From the IMG/VR virus record IMGVR_UViG_3300025168_000054, positions 1 through 64,000 of that record: 64,000 nt of DNA; one strand, given 5' to 3'. Under the pieces are notes generated by a model that did no database searches, was not told the origin of the DNA, and saw only the letters and a list, made by a program, of their open reading frames with translations. This stretch comes from a virus. Below, piece after piece: positions 53,877-62,713 of this stretch. Each line of letters begins with the position of its first letter. The first letter of the stretch is position 1. The position numbers and the translations under genes were made by a program.

Positions 53877-54222
53877 CGGGGAACTCCCCGGCGTCCTGCC
53901 CGAAGCTCAGCAGCTGGTCCTCGGTGATGATCTCCAGGGGGCCCTGGACGATGGTGATCTGGCAGCCACTCCTGGCTCCCACGTTGCGCTGGGTCGGCGC
54001 CGAGTGGCTCCTCCCGACCTGTCGGAACACCTTCTCCGCCGGGCCCTCGAAGACCACGGTGCGGACGGTGCGGACCCACTGGCCCTTGAACTCCTCGAGG
54101 GACTCGCCGAGGGTGTCGGCACCCATCGCCATGACGCGGGCGATACGGCGTTCGCGGGACGTTCGGGCCCTCATCTGCGCCTCGACGAGGGTCAGCTCTG
54201 TTGCGGTTTTGTCATCACTCAT
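53869..54222 (-). CDS. Hypothetical protein
   Basis: Overlapping ORF in operon with GGAG RBS. Confidence 0.6.
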   Translation of the reverse strand: MSDDKTATELTLVEAQMRARTSRERRIARVMAMGADTLGESLEEFKGQWVRTVRTVVFEGPAEKVFRQVGRSHSAPTQRNVGARSGCQITIVQGPLEIITEDQLLSFGQDAGEFPDA

Positions 54223-54416
54223 GTCGTCTCCGGGGGGTCAGGAAGGGGTTGCCAGAAGAACTGGCCGATCTCCGTGCAGGGGCACCACACCTCGTAGTTG
54301 AACCAGATGCCGTCTTCCTCGGACTTGAAGCAGCCGATGAAGAAGGCGTCGCCATGCCACATGAGCACTTCTTCGTCGGACGGAGGCAGGGTGTGCCGAC
54401 TGTCGATCCAAGTCAC
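54219..54416 (-). CDS. DUF551-like protein
   Basis: WI....LP...EVL...WQPLPDPP; GTG start 54416. Confidence 0.75.
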   Translation of the reverse strand: MTWIDSRHTLPPSDEEVLMWHGDAFFIGCFKSEEDGIWFNYEVWCPCTEIGQFFWQPLPDPPETT

Positions 54417-54679
54417 GGCTGCTCCTTGAGCCAGTCTTCGTGCGCCTTCGCGCACGCCCTGGCGTAGTTGACGATGTCGGCCGGGGTCTGCTCAGCCGAC
54501 GTCGCGATGACGCAGGCCGCCCCCGGCAGGTAGTTGGCCTTGCCGCTGGAGAGGTTGTTTCTCACATCGACCTTTGCTTCGATGTCGTCGAAGCGTCCCC
54601 CCGCGGCCACACAGAAAAACAGAGTGCAGCACAGCCAGACAAGCATGAGGGCAATCTCTGTGGTGGTTCGATCTGTCAT
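54413..54679 (-). CDS. Small membrane-anchored protein
   Basis: N-terminal hydrophobic segment IALMLVWLCCTLFFCVAAG. Confidence 0.6.
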   Translation of the reverse strand: MTDRTTTEIALMLVWLCCTLFFCVAAGGRFDDIEAKVDVRNNLSSGKANYLPGAACVIATSAEQTPADIVNYARACAKAHEDWLKEQP

Positions 54680-55200
54680 GCGTCTTCCTGGGGCATCACG
54701 GTGAGTGTGGTGTACTCAGGAGTCGGGTCGTCGTAATCGTAGCGTCGCTCCTCGTACTGGTAGTACTCGTACTGGTAGTACACGGTGCAGGGTGCGGAGA
54801 TCATGTGAGGTAGCACGTTCGCGCAGAAGTTCTGGATCTCATCCTCATAGTTCTTCAGCTCCGAGGAGACGTGCCAGACGCAACCATCCTCTGACCTTTC
54901 AGGGAGGATGTTCCGGAAGACGTAGTCGCTGGTTGTCGACGGTGTTTCGACGAGAACGTGCTGATGCCCGACGTCATCGAGGTCGCGACTCCCCGGAGTG
55001 TAAGACCCCCAAGGGATGAAGTCGCAGCGTCGCACTTTCGCCCAGTCGCTGAGCCACGAGAACTCGAAGTGCTCTGCAGCTATCTGCCAGGTCTTCTTCT
55101 GAGTGGTCTCGTCCGGTCTCACCTTCTCGAGGAAGTCGACGACCGCTCGCCCTGTGTCGTTCAGCGTCGCGCTGAACTTGACCGCTGTGTACATTCCCAT
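54676..55200 (-). CDS. Conserved phage hypothetical protein
   Basis: MGMYT...LKNYEDEI..F pattern; GGAGG RBS. Confidence 0.7.
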   Translation of the reverse strand: MGMYTAVKFSATLNDTGRAVVDFLEKVRPDETTQKKTWQIAAEHFEFSWLSDWAKVRRCDFIPWGSYTPGSRDLDDVGHQHVLVETPSTTSDYVFRNILPERSEDGCVWHVSSELKNYEDEIQNFCANVLPHMISAPCTVYYQYEYYQYEERRYDYDDPTPEYTTLTVMPQEDA

Positions 55201-55201
55201 G

Positions 55202-57160
55202 TCAGTCCTCCCCGAAGAGCGCCGTCAGTACGGACGCCTTCATCTTGTTGTGATCGTCGATGCCGAGCAGCTTGTCGTCCATGCCCTGGTACTGCTCAGC
55301 CGCCAGGAACTCCTTGATTGCAGTGATCTTGTCAGCCAGGACGCCCACGACCTTCTCGTCGTAGGACTTCCGAGCCAAGACCACCTTGAGCAGCGTGGGT
55401 CGACCACCGATGCGGTCGAAGCGACCCTTCCACTGCTCGAAGTCGCCCGGCCGCCACGGAAGCATCGCGAAGATGGCGAGGTCAGAAGACTGAAGACCGT
55501 CGACAGATTCTCCGAAGGCTTGGCCAGTGCCGATGAGCAGGCAGGGCCCGCCATGGTCGCGGTAGGTCGAGATCATGTCCTCACGTTCGCGGTCGTCTGT
55601 ACCACCATGACCCCACCAGATTACGGGCTTGACGCCCCCGAAGTTCTTCTGCTTGACCTCCTTTGCCAGAGCCTTCTCGATGTACGAGGTCCAGTCCTCA
55701 CAGTCCTGGCGACGGGCTGTGAACAATACGACCTTGCCTCCACCGCGCAGCCCGTCGAGAACTTCCTCGATGACGTACTTGCGCTTGCGGCTCGCCGCTT
55801 CCATCAGGTTCGCTTCGAGCGCTCGCTCTCGGTCAAACTCACTGTGTGTCTTGAGCGCTTCCTTCTCCGCCTTGGCGATGACTCGCTTGAACGCCGCGGG
55901 CCGGTTCTGGTCTGACGGATCGAGCCACACGACCTGGACTCGAGTGGCAGGCAGCTGGCCATGCGACTCGGTGTGCGTCACCTCTTGCATCAGGTAGGAG
56001 GCACGGTACTTGAGCTCGTCGAGGTGGCTGCTGCCCTTGTCGTCAAGCCCGCCGTACTCACCTTCCTTCGCAGCGCAGTACCGCTTGGCAAACGACCCGA
56101 AGCCCATGCCGTACGACCCAGGAGCAAGCAGGTCGAGCTGGCTCCACAACCGGCGAGGGCGGCCGTCATCGAGAGGAGTGGCGGTCAATCCCACGCGCAG
56201 CTTGAGAGACGGCAACCTACTCACATCCATCGCAGCTACCGCACGAGTCTCTCTCGTGTCGGTCTTGGTGCGGCGCTTCTCAAACTCAATCTGACCGGTG
56301 CTGTCGAAGATGGCCTTCCACCGCTTGGGCTGGCCAAACGTATGGAGCTCGTCGATGACCAGGACTTGGGGCTCCAGCTGTCTGACACCCTCCAAGTTGT
56401 CGGGCAGAGATTGCGCACCGAAGATGACGAAAGGTCTCTGTCCGCCGGCGTCCCCTACCTGTCCGGCCCAATCGCAAGAAGCGAGGTAACCGTCAAGCGT
56501 CTCGTCGCCTCTGCGCATCTGGCCTTTGGGGATGACCCGGTGCGGAACGATGTTCGTGTACTCCTGCACTTGGTCCCACCAGACCCGGCGAGCCTTGGCG
56601 GGAGCAACGACACACACCGGACCTGGGCGAGTCAGGCTGGAGAGGATGGCTGTCAGAGTCTTGCCCGCGCCGCAGGGGTAAACCAGCTTCGACCAAGGGC
56701 GGGTCGTGGCCCAGTAGACTCCTCGCGCCTGGTAGTCGGTGATGAGATCGGTGACAAAGGGCTTGACCTCGCCGTCGCTGACCAGGCCTTGCACAACCTG
56801 CCGTCCGTACTCGGCCATGGTGTCCAGAGCAGCCTGGGCCGTAGGCCACGCGAAGATGTCGTCCACGTTGATAGCGTGCTCAATCTGGTAGCGAACGCAT
56901 GCTCCCGCCAGGTCGTGCTCGAAGAGCCACGCTGCGTTGACCGGGACGTACGCCTTGTAGTAGGCGTAGCTGTTGACTTCAGCTGCAGGGTTGTCGCGCA
57001 GCTCCTTGGTCATGCGGTTCCATCGTCGGTCGCGAGCGCGGTGACCGTACGCCAGCATGCCAGGCAGGCGTGTTTCAAGGTTGGCCAGGAGTGCCCCAAC
57101 ACGCCCGGTCACTCGGTAGATGTAGTGAGGTTGATCTTTGAGCGGAGAGAACACGGTCAT
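55202..57160 (-). CDS. SNF2-like superfamily 2 helicase
   Basis: GAGKT, DELH, LTATP, LWSQL, KVVLFT, Q..GRFDRIG. Confidence 0.9.
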   Translation of the reverse strand: MTVFSPLKDQPHYIYRVTGRVGALLANLETRLPGMLAYGHRARDRRWNRMTKELRDNPAAEVNSYAYYKAYVPVNAAWLFEHDLAGACVRYQIEHAINVDDIFAWPTAQAALDTMAEYGRQVVQGLVSDGEVKPFVTDLITDYQARGVYWATTRPWSKLVYPCGAGKTLTAILSSLTRPGPVCVVAPAKARRVWWDQVQEYTNIVPHRVIPKGQMRRGDETLDGYLASCDWAGQVGDAGGQRPFVIFGAQSLPDNLEGVRQLEPQVLVIDELHTFGQPKRWKAIFDSTGQIEFEKRRTKTDTRETRAVAAMDVSRLPSLKLRVGLTATPLDDGRPRRLWSQLDLLAPGSYGMGFGSFAKRYCAAKEGEYGGLDDKGSSHLDELKYRASYLMQEVTHTESHGQLPATRVQVVWLDPSDQNRPAAFKRVIAKAEKEALKTHSEFDRERALEANLMEAASRKRKYVIEEVLDGLRGGGKVVLFTARRQDCEDWTSYIEKALAKEVKQKNFGGVKPVIWWGHGGTDDREREDMISTYRDHGGPCLLIGTGQAFGESVDGLQSSDLAIFAMLPWRPGDFEQWKGRFDRIGGRPTLLKVVLARKSYDEKVVGVLADKITAIKEFLAAEQYQGMDDKLLGIDDHNKMKASVLTALFGED

Positions 57161-58017
57161 TGTTCCATCCCATGGAAGTCCAGAGGTTGATCGAGGAGCG
57201 CGGCGACTGGTCCCTTCCAGCCGCAGCTCTGTCGATGATTGCAGTACGCGTTCAGCTGTCGTGTGGGGTCAAGCCACCACCACACGGCATTGCGCCGGCA
57301 GCGGGGGCACTCGACCAAACGGACGGCTTCGTCGTTGACCACGCCGCCAAGAGTATGTCCAAGGTCAGCGCGAGCATCAGGGTCAAGGTGCAGGTTGCGT
57401 GAGCCTGTATACACAGGGACCTCACGCAGCGACAACGCGCTGGCCAACTGCACTACGTTGCCCAACGGCGCCCACTTGAGGATGTCATCGACACGAAGCA
57501 GCGGCGCTTCAACGTGCCTGAACTCGAACGAGCTCTGATGCTTGTAGTCTTCCAGGTCGCACGCGGGCAAGAGCCACGACCGTGAGATGTCCTTACAGCT
57601 TCTGTCGATGGTCTGGCCACAATGCTCTTCGGCCCACCGCCAAGCTATCGAGTATTCGCTCTTGGTGATGTCTCGGTCCAGCGGCAGCACAACCCGGAAG
57701 CGATGAGCCACCGGGCTGTGCGACCAAGACGTGTGCAGAAGTACACACCACTGCCCCCACGTGGTCAACGCTTCGTCGATGGTGGTCCCATCGTCGTAGT
57801 CGAGGACCAGGCAGGAAGCCTCTTGCGCGTTTGCCTTCTTGCGGCGGGGAGGCTCAAACCGTGCGGGGCTCCACTGCGGGAGCTTGCGCTTGTCCCACAC
57901 CCGGTACGCTTCGCCCGGCTGGGCCAGCAGTTCGACAAGTTGTACCATCGACAGCTGACGTAGCGTCGCCTCGGTCAGGAACAGGTTGTCGAACAGGCTG
58001 ACCCAGAAGCGCCTCAT
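57157..58017 (-). CDS. AEP-like primase (VirE-N/prim-pol type) with C-terminal zinc finger
   Basis: LVLDYDD, HTSWSH, RFRVVLPL, D.SCKD.SR; CPRC...CNH..SC. Confidence 0.8.
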   Translation of the reverse strand: MRRFWVSLFDNLFLTEATLRQLSMVQLVELLAQPGEAYRVWDKRKLPQWSPARFEPPRRKKANAQEASCLVLDYDDGTTIDEALTTWGQWCVLLHTSWSHSPVAHRFRVVLPLDRDITKSEYSIAWRWAEEHCGQTIDRSCKDISRSWLLPACDLEDYKHQSSFEFRHVEAPLLRVDDILKWAPLGNVVQLASALSLREVPVYTGSRNLHLDPDARADLGHTLGGVVNDEAVRLVECPRCRRNAVWWWLDPTRQLNAYCNHRQSCGWKGPVAALLDQPLDFHGMEQ

Positions 58018-58271
58018 GCGTCGCCGACCACTTCACCGCAGTACATGTGCGCGGCGTGCTGCACCTTGGCGATGGTGTCGATCACATCCTTCGCAACCTC
58101 CAGGGAGATGTCTCCGGCGTCACACACTGTGGCGATGGCGAATGCCAGCTCTTCAGCGACCTGTCGATAGGAGTCACCGCTCTTGATCGCCTCGTCGATT
58201 ACCGCGCTGGTCGGTCGGTAGACCTTGCCGTAGTTGATCATTCTCATGAACTTGCCGTCGCGCTTAGTCAT
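58014..58271 (-). CDS. Hypothetical protein
   Basis: ATGA overlap with primase. Confidence 0.55.
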   Translation of the reverse strand: MTKRDGKFMRMINYGKVYRPTSAVIDEAIKSGDSYRQVAEELAFAIATVCDAGDISLEVAKDVIDTIAKVQHAAHMYCGEVVGDA

Positions 58272-58568
58272 TCAGTTGTCCTTCGACGGTGGGTACCACC
58301 GCGCTGTCACTTTGTTGGTGTAGTTGTTTTCGCCAGAGTAGTAGAGAGCGCGCTGCCGCTTGCGCGTCCAGCCTGCCTGCTTCAGGTAGGCGCCGAGTTC
58401 GAGCCATCGTCGCCGCTCTCCGACGAAGTCTTCGAACAGGTCGGAGAAGTCTTCGTGGAATGCGATCTCGCTGACGCTCACACTCGGTAGCTTCGATGTG
58501 TTGGCGAGGAAGACGGCGATGCGGCCTACCACTTCTTCGCCGGACCTCTTGCAATATGTGTTGTTCAT
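58272..58568 (-). CDS. Winged-helix-like DNA-binding protein (resembles VapE/VirE C-terminus)
   Basis: LGAYLKQAGWTRKR...RWY; start ATG 58568. Confidence 0.5.
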   Translation of the reverse strand: MNNTYCKRSGEEVVGRIAVFLANTSKLPSVSVSEIAFHEDFSDLFEDFVGERRRWLELGAYLKQAGWTRKRQRALYYSGENNYTNKVTARWYPPSKDN

Positions 58569-58754
58569 TCGGGTCCCTTCCAGTGTCGGTAAAAGTTCCA
58601 AAGAAACCAGCTCCCAAGAATCAACTTGAGTTGCCAGCCGGTTTTGTAGTGTCTGTACGGTTTCGCTCGTACTTTAGGTACGACGATGGGTTCTTCTTCT
58701 CTGGGTGATATGTACATTAAGTTCCTCACGGCGCATCTCTGCACCGCAGCGCAC

Positions 58755-58783
58755 AGGTTAGCGGCCACGCACACAACTGTCAA
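58755..58783 (-). promoter_or_regulatory. Sigma70-type promoter driving the replication operon
   Basis: TTGACA (58783-78), 17 nt spacer, TAACCT (58760-55). Confidence 0.7.
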
Positions 58784-58801
58784 ACAGGGTATGATGTCGC
58801 C

Positions 58802-59311
58802 ATGTCTGACCTCGAGAACATCCCTGCCCCCGACCAGTTGCTCGCTCGGTTGAACGAGCAGGACGCGGCGCTCAGCGATCCCGAAAAGGCCGGAGCTCTT
58901 CGAGAGTTGCTGCGCGCAGGCATCACGGTCGGTAAAGCAGCCAACCACCTCGACCTTCCTGTCTCTGTCGCATGGCGCATGGTCACTTCGGACAAGGCCA
59001 CGCAGAAGGCGATGAACGATGGCGACGACCTGCGGCGCAGGCAGCTTCGAGCAACGCTCGAGAACCGCGCTGACGACATGTTGCAGGTCATTGTCAGTCT
59101 CGCTCACGACCCTGACATTGACGGGTCGGTCAGGCTGAAGGCAGCACAGGACATTCTCGACCGGACGGGGCTGCTGGACAAGAACACCGGAGGCGGTAAG
59201 TCCAACCAGCAGCAAGCCGCTGCGGTCATCGAGCTCTCGTCTGTTGATCGAGACTTCCATGACCGGCTGCAGCGCATCACCGTCCGAGCAGGTACTCGGT
59301 CGGATGATTAG
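58802..59311 (+). CDS. Terminase small subunit-like protein (N-terminal HTH)
   Basis: ITVGKAANHLDL HTH; MLQVIVSLA.....SVRLKAAQDILDRTG motif typical of TerS families. Confidence 0.7.
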   Translation: MSDLENIPAPDQLLARLNEQDAALSDPEKAGALRELLRAGITVGKAANHLDLPVSVAWRMVTSDKATQKAMNDGDDLRRRQLRATLENRADDMLQVIVSLAHDPDIDGSVRLKAAQDILDRTGLLDKNTGGGKSNQQQAAAVIELSSVDRDFHDRLQRITVRAGTRSDD

Positions 59312-59772
59312 TCTTTAACGATACGGTCGATGCCGTACTTCTCTTCGAGCTTGTGCTTTAGCTCTTGGAGATCGTCAAAGCGGGGATGCCCCATCAGTGT
59401 GTTGACGATGGCTTCGGCTGACTCTGTGAGAGGCAGCGACCGAAGAACATCATCAAACTCTTGAGCGACCTGCTCGGCCACCCTCAGGGCGTTGGCCTTG
59501 CGCTTGTAACCGTAGCCTTTGTGTCCGTCGCTAAACGTCAACCCTGTCGGCCAATGCGTAATCTTCCATCGCTTGTGTTTGGTCGAGTGACCAAACTCGA
59601 CTTCCCACGTCGTGGGGTCGTCCTTGTCCTTGATCGTGTGGTCTACGATGTTGCGCGGGTGTACGGCCAGCTGACCGTAGCACCGAGCGTTACGCGCAAT
59701 GACCTGGTAGGCACCGTCAACCTCGGGTAGCCGAGTGAAGACGGTGATGTCGTGAGTGCGCCACTTGTTCAT
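59308..59772 (-). CDS. Hypothetical early protein
   Basis: Start ATG 59772 (GGAGGACTGACATG); WKITH.PTG motif. Confidence 0.65.
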   Translation of the reverse strand: MNKWRTHDITVFTRLPEVDGAYQVIARNARCYGQLAVHPRNIVDHTIKDKDDPTTWEVEFGHSTKHKRWKITHWPTGLTFSDGHKGYGYKRKANALRVAEQVAQEFDDVLRSLPLTESAEAIVNTLMGHPRFDDLQELKHKLEEKYGIDRIVKD

Positions 59773-59773
59773 G

Positions 59774-60280
59774 TCAGTCCTCCCAGATGCGAGAGGCATC
59801 AAGCAGCGCCGTCATAAACTTCTTGAGCTTGTCTCGCTTGTCGTCGTCCCCGTCACCCTCGAGATCCTTGATGGTGATGTAGTCGCGCTGCATCGGAGAC
59901 AAGAAGTTCACCCGCTGATGCTCGTTGTCGAACCGAACATCAACCCAGCGGGTGCCTACCCGGTACTCTGCGGCAGTGCGTCCGTCGTGGTCTGTGATAA
60001 CCAGCGCCGCCAACTGGATCGGCGGGATGAACGTCTCACGAACAGGCACCGCAAGGGGCATGTCGCCGGGCTTCATGTCCGAGAAGCCCAGCACCATGTC
60101 CTCGAGCAGCACAAGGCGGCGCGACTCGCCCTCGGTCTCCTCGTGGTTGGTGATGATCTGACACAGGCTCCAGATGTCACCTGTAGCCAGCTCCTGGTAC
60201 CAGAACTCTTGGGGGTCAGGCCAGGTGCGGGTGCTCTCGTCCAAGACTCTGCCGTTGGACTGCAGGGTGTAACGGTTCAT
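59774..60280 (-). CDS. Hypothetical early protein
   Basis: Start ATG 60280 behind AAGGAG. Confidence 0.65.
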   Translation of the reverse strand: MNRYTLQSNGRVLDESTRTWPDPQEFWYQELATGDIWSLCQIITNHEETEGESRRLVLLEDMVLGFSDMKPGDMPLAVPVRETFIPPIQLAALVITDHDGRTAAEYRVGTRWVDVRFDNEHQRVNFLSPMQRDYITIKDLEGDGDDDKRDKLKKFMTALLDASRIWED

Positions 60281-60308
60281 TGCTGCTCCTTCGTGTGGTG
60301 TTGTGTGC

Positions 60309-60581
60309 CTAACCTGCGTTGCGCTGGCAGGCAAGTGTGAGTGCTTCTTCCAGTGTGAGCGGGTCGATGGACCCGTCCACGTCTCCATCATACGAGTGGC
60401 ACAGGTACCACCCGTTGGGATCGAGCTCGTCTTCGACGTAGCCCTCCGCCCACGTGACTCCCCAGACGTTGTCGCTCTCAGGCTCTACCGGGTAGGACGC
60501 AACCCACCGCACGTGTGGGTCGAGTACCTGCAGCGGCTCGAAACCGAAGGAGGCCAGCATGACGTCCTGTTCCTGGCTCAT
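60309..60581 (-). CDS. Hypothetical acidic early protein
   Basis: AGGAGG RBS. Confidence 0.6.
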   Translation of the reverse strand: MSQEQDVMLASFGFEPLQVLDPHVRWVASYPVEPESDNVWGVTWAEGYVEDELDPNGWYLCHSYDGDVDGSIDPLTLEEALTLACQRNAG

Positions 60582-60700
60582 GCGACCTCCTGCCCTTCGA
60601 TTTCGGTGAACTCGATACCGGTAATCCAGCCCGGCTTCCAGCCATTGCGGCCCAGGCGGTTCTGCTGTGCTGCCTTGATTGCAAGTGCATATCCAAACAT
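60578..60700 (-). CDS. Small hypothetical protein (40 aa)
   Basis: Start ATG 60700 behind GGAG; TGAcATG junction. Confidence 0.5.
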   Translation of the reverse strand: MFGYALAIKAAQQNRLGRNGWKPGWITGIEFTEIEGQEVA

Positions 60701-60701
60701 G

Positions 60702-61139
60702 TCACTCTCCCTTGTTGTTGAGGTCGTGCTTGACGAGCCAGATGCCCGGCTCGCTCCCGCTGTCGATCGCACGCATCAGACTCTTGACGAACTTGCTGTC
60801 CGTCAGGCTGGAGGCGTTGGTACGCAAACCGATGTGGTCGTACACGTCGCTCGCCTTGACGATGTTGTCACTGTCGTGGTTGCAGACACGCTGCCAGGCG
60901 TAGGCCCGAGTGTAGAACTTCTCCCAGTTCTTCTCGGTGATGCGACCGATACCGACCGGCATGGTCAGCCAGATGAGCTGCTCGGTCTTCGCCGAGAAGA
61001 CGCGGAAGTCATCGTCACCGTTGTCGATGACCGTGCGCTCGCGCTTGTGCTTGCGGTAGTAGGCGATCTCCTCCGGGTCAGTGACCATGGGGAAGGTGAC
61101 ATCGCGGGAAACATCGGCGTAGTTAAAATTAAGGGACAT
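60702..61139 (-). CDS. Conserved phage hypothetical protein
   Basis: LIW.TM.VG...ITEKN..F..R...DV..HIGL.TN pattern. Confidence 0.7.
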   Translation of the reverse strand: MSLNFNYADVSRDVTFPMVTDPEEIAYYRKHKRERTVIDNGDDDFRVFSAKTEQLIWLTMPVGIGRITEKNWEKFYTRAYAWQRVCNHDSDNIVKASDVYDHIGLRTNASSLTDSKFVKSLMRAIDSGSEPGIWLVKHDLNNKGE

Positions 61140-61202
61140 GTGTATCTCTCTTTGGTTGGGTTGGTTTAGTTGTTGAGCGCAGACATCAGACGACCGTTCA
61201 AG

Positions 61203-61461
61203 ACGTCAGGCATGTCTCTCTCCTGTGTGATTGATCTGGTGCCCGTAGGCAAAGTGTCCGTTGTCCAGGTCCACGACCACTCGGTCCTCTGACACCGTGG
61301 TCCAGAGAACCTCGGTCACCTCATGCCCGTACTTTTCGCCGGGTCGCTCGGTCACCTCCAGGTGGGTGACCGTTGCTTTGAGGGGTGCGTCACGTCCCCA
61401 GCCTCCGCGCCAGATGACGACGTCTCCAACCTTCAGTACGTCAGGCATGTCTCTCTCCTGT
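61203..61461 (-). repeat. 24-bp direct repeat ACGTCAGGCATGTCTCTCTCCTGT (61203-61226 and 61438-61461), RBS plus first codons
   Basis: Exact match read from sequence; partial copies at ~61724 and 63301. Confidence 0.9.
61206..61448 (-). CDS. Small SH3-like protein
   Basis: LKVGDVVIWRG...VVVDLDNGHFAY. Confidence 0.65.
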   Translation of the reverse strand: MPDVLKVGDVVIWRGGWGRDAPLKATVTHLEVTERPGEKYGHEVTEVLWTTVSEDRVVVDLDNGHFAYGHQINHTGERHA

Positions 61462-61470
61462 TGAAGTGAC

Positions 61471-61728
61471 TCAGGTGTTGCCGGCGGAGTTGCCGTCTAC
61501 CCAAACTTGGTAGTCGTCATACGGGTAGTTGAGCAGGTAGTCCGTGCCTTTCGGGGCAACCCTCCTCTGCAGGAAGTTGCCCTTGCTGTCACGCAAGTCG
61601 CGGATGACCCAGGCATCCTCCGACTTGTCAGACCAGTAGAACGTGGAGCCGTCCTCGAGAAGATCGAGAGCGTGAGGCGTGAGCGGGCCCATGCCACAGG
61701 CGGGGGGAAGTGAGTGAGTGTCGGGCAT
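61471..61728 (-). CDS. Hypothetical early protein
   Basis: AGGAGAGAGACATG start. Confidence 0.65.
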   Translation of the reverse strand: MPDTHSLPPACGMGPLTPHALDLLEDGSTFYWSDKSEDAWVIRDLRDSKGNFLQRRVAPKGTDYLLNYPYDDYQVWVDGNSAGNT

Positions 61729-61737
61729 GTCTCTCTC

Positions 61738-62124
61738 CTACAGGTTGATGCCGCACGCCAACGTGTGCGGCTTTCCGTTTGTGACGTTGAAGACCGCGAA
61801 CTGGCTGGTCAGCAGCGGTTGGTTGTTGCCCACCACGAACGTCTCGAGCTCGTAGGGGTTGTACCGAACTGCCTGCTCCGTTCCGTCGAGCAGGCTGAGG
61901 TGAGTGATCCACCCCTTGGCGTAGGCATGGACATGCTCCCTGCCCTCACGCCTCACGCGAGCACGGCCGGAAGGTTGCACCCTCCAGGTCACGTACTTCA
62001 ACACGATGCGCTTGGCGTACCCAACCACCAGGGCATGCTGTCGCACACTCCATTCTCGGCGGCGCTGGTTGAAGTACACCTGCACCGGGCGCTCTCGGTC
62101 GAAGAGCTGGTGGGTGCGCTTCAT
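61738..62124 (-). CDS. Conserved phage hypothetical protein
   Basis: Start ATG 62124; VYFN....WSV...GR.RV.RE...HVHA..G...VRYNPY pattern of a widespread phage family. Confidence 0.75.
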   Translation of the reverse strand: MKRTHQLFDRERPVQVYFNQRRREWSVRQHALVVGYAKRIVLKYVTWRVQPSGRARVRREGREHVHAYAKGWITHLSLLDGTEQAVRYNPYELETFVVGNNQPLLTSQFAVFNVTNGKPHTLACGINL

Positions 62125-62125
62125 G

Positions 62126-62713
62126 TCAGTTCTCCTCGATGACGATGACGTCGTTGCTGTTGACCCAGAGGGTCTCCTCGGTTTCGTTCTCGACGTTGAT
62201 GCCGAGACGCTGGCCCGGCTTGTACCGGTCCTGACCTGTCCAGAAGACATGGCCGACCTTGCCGATGTTGTGCTGACTCTTGGGTCCAGCACGCACCACC
62301 CGGATGAAGTCTCCGCGCTGAACCTGCCGGTCCGTCTCCTCGACCAGGTGGGCGAGACTCTCAGCCCGCCGAGGCGACGGCGTCGGGGGCGGGGGCTGCG
62401 CCGCGCTCTGCGGTGCAGTGCCGAACGGGTAGCCGGCAACGGCTCCGCACTCTCGGCAGTAGTCGAATCCGACCACGCCGTCGTATCCGAAGTGGGTGGT
62501 GTTGCCGCATCCTGCGATGCAGCTCATGGTGGCGGTGGGGGTCGAGGTGGTGGGCATGGTGCTCTCCTTGGTGAGGTAGTCCTTCGGGATGAACATCCGC
62601 GAAGGCTTGATGGTGCGGTGCTGTCCTGCCTGGTAGGCGAGACGCATCACGTCGTCGGGCTGGCCGGAGTGGACCCGGCCATCGTGGTCAGTCCACTGCA
62701 GGCGTGTCTTCAC
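62126..62713 (-). CDS. Zn-ribbon plus SH3/KOW-like protein (alternative start 62557)
   Basis: CIAGC...CRECG; RGDFIRVVRAG...GKVGHVFW; GTG 62713 overlaps upstream stop, ATG 62557 has AAGGAG. Confidence 0.55.
   Translation of the reverse strand: MKTRLQWTDHDGRVHSGQPDDVMRLAYQAGQHRTIKPSRMFIPKDYLTKESTMPTTSTPTATMSCIAGCGNTTHFGYDGVVGFDYCRECGAVAGYPFGTAPQSAAQPPPPTPSPRRAESLAHLVEETDRQVQRGDFIRVVRAGPKSQHNIGKVGHVFWTGQDRYKPGQRLGINVENETEETLWVNSNDVIVIEEN

Noticed and set aside
58565-59260. 231-aa minus-strand ORF keeping strand continuity
   Set aside because: Shadow of the plus-strand TerS-like gene, which has recognisable motifs
61203-61740. Spaced repeats as a mini-CRISPR array
   Set aside because: Repeats are RBS/start sequences separated by whole genes of over 200 bp, not spacers
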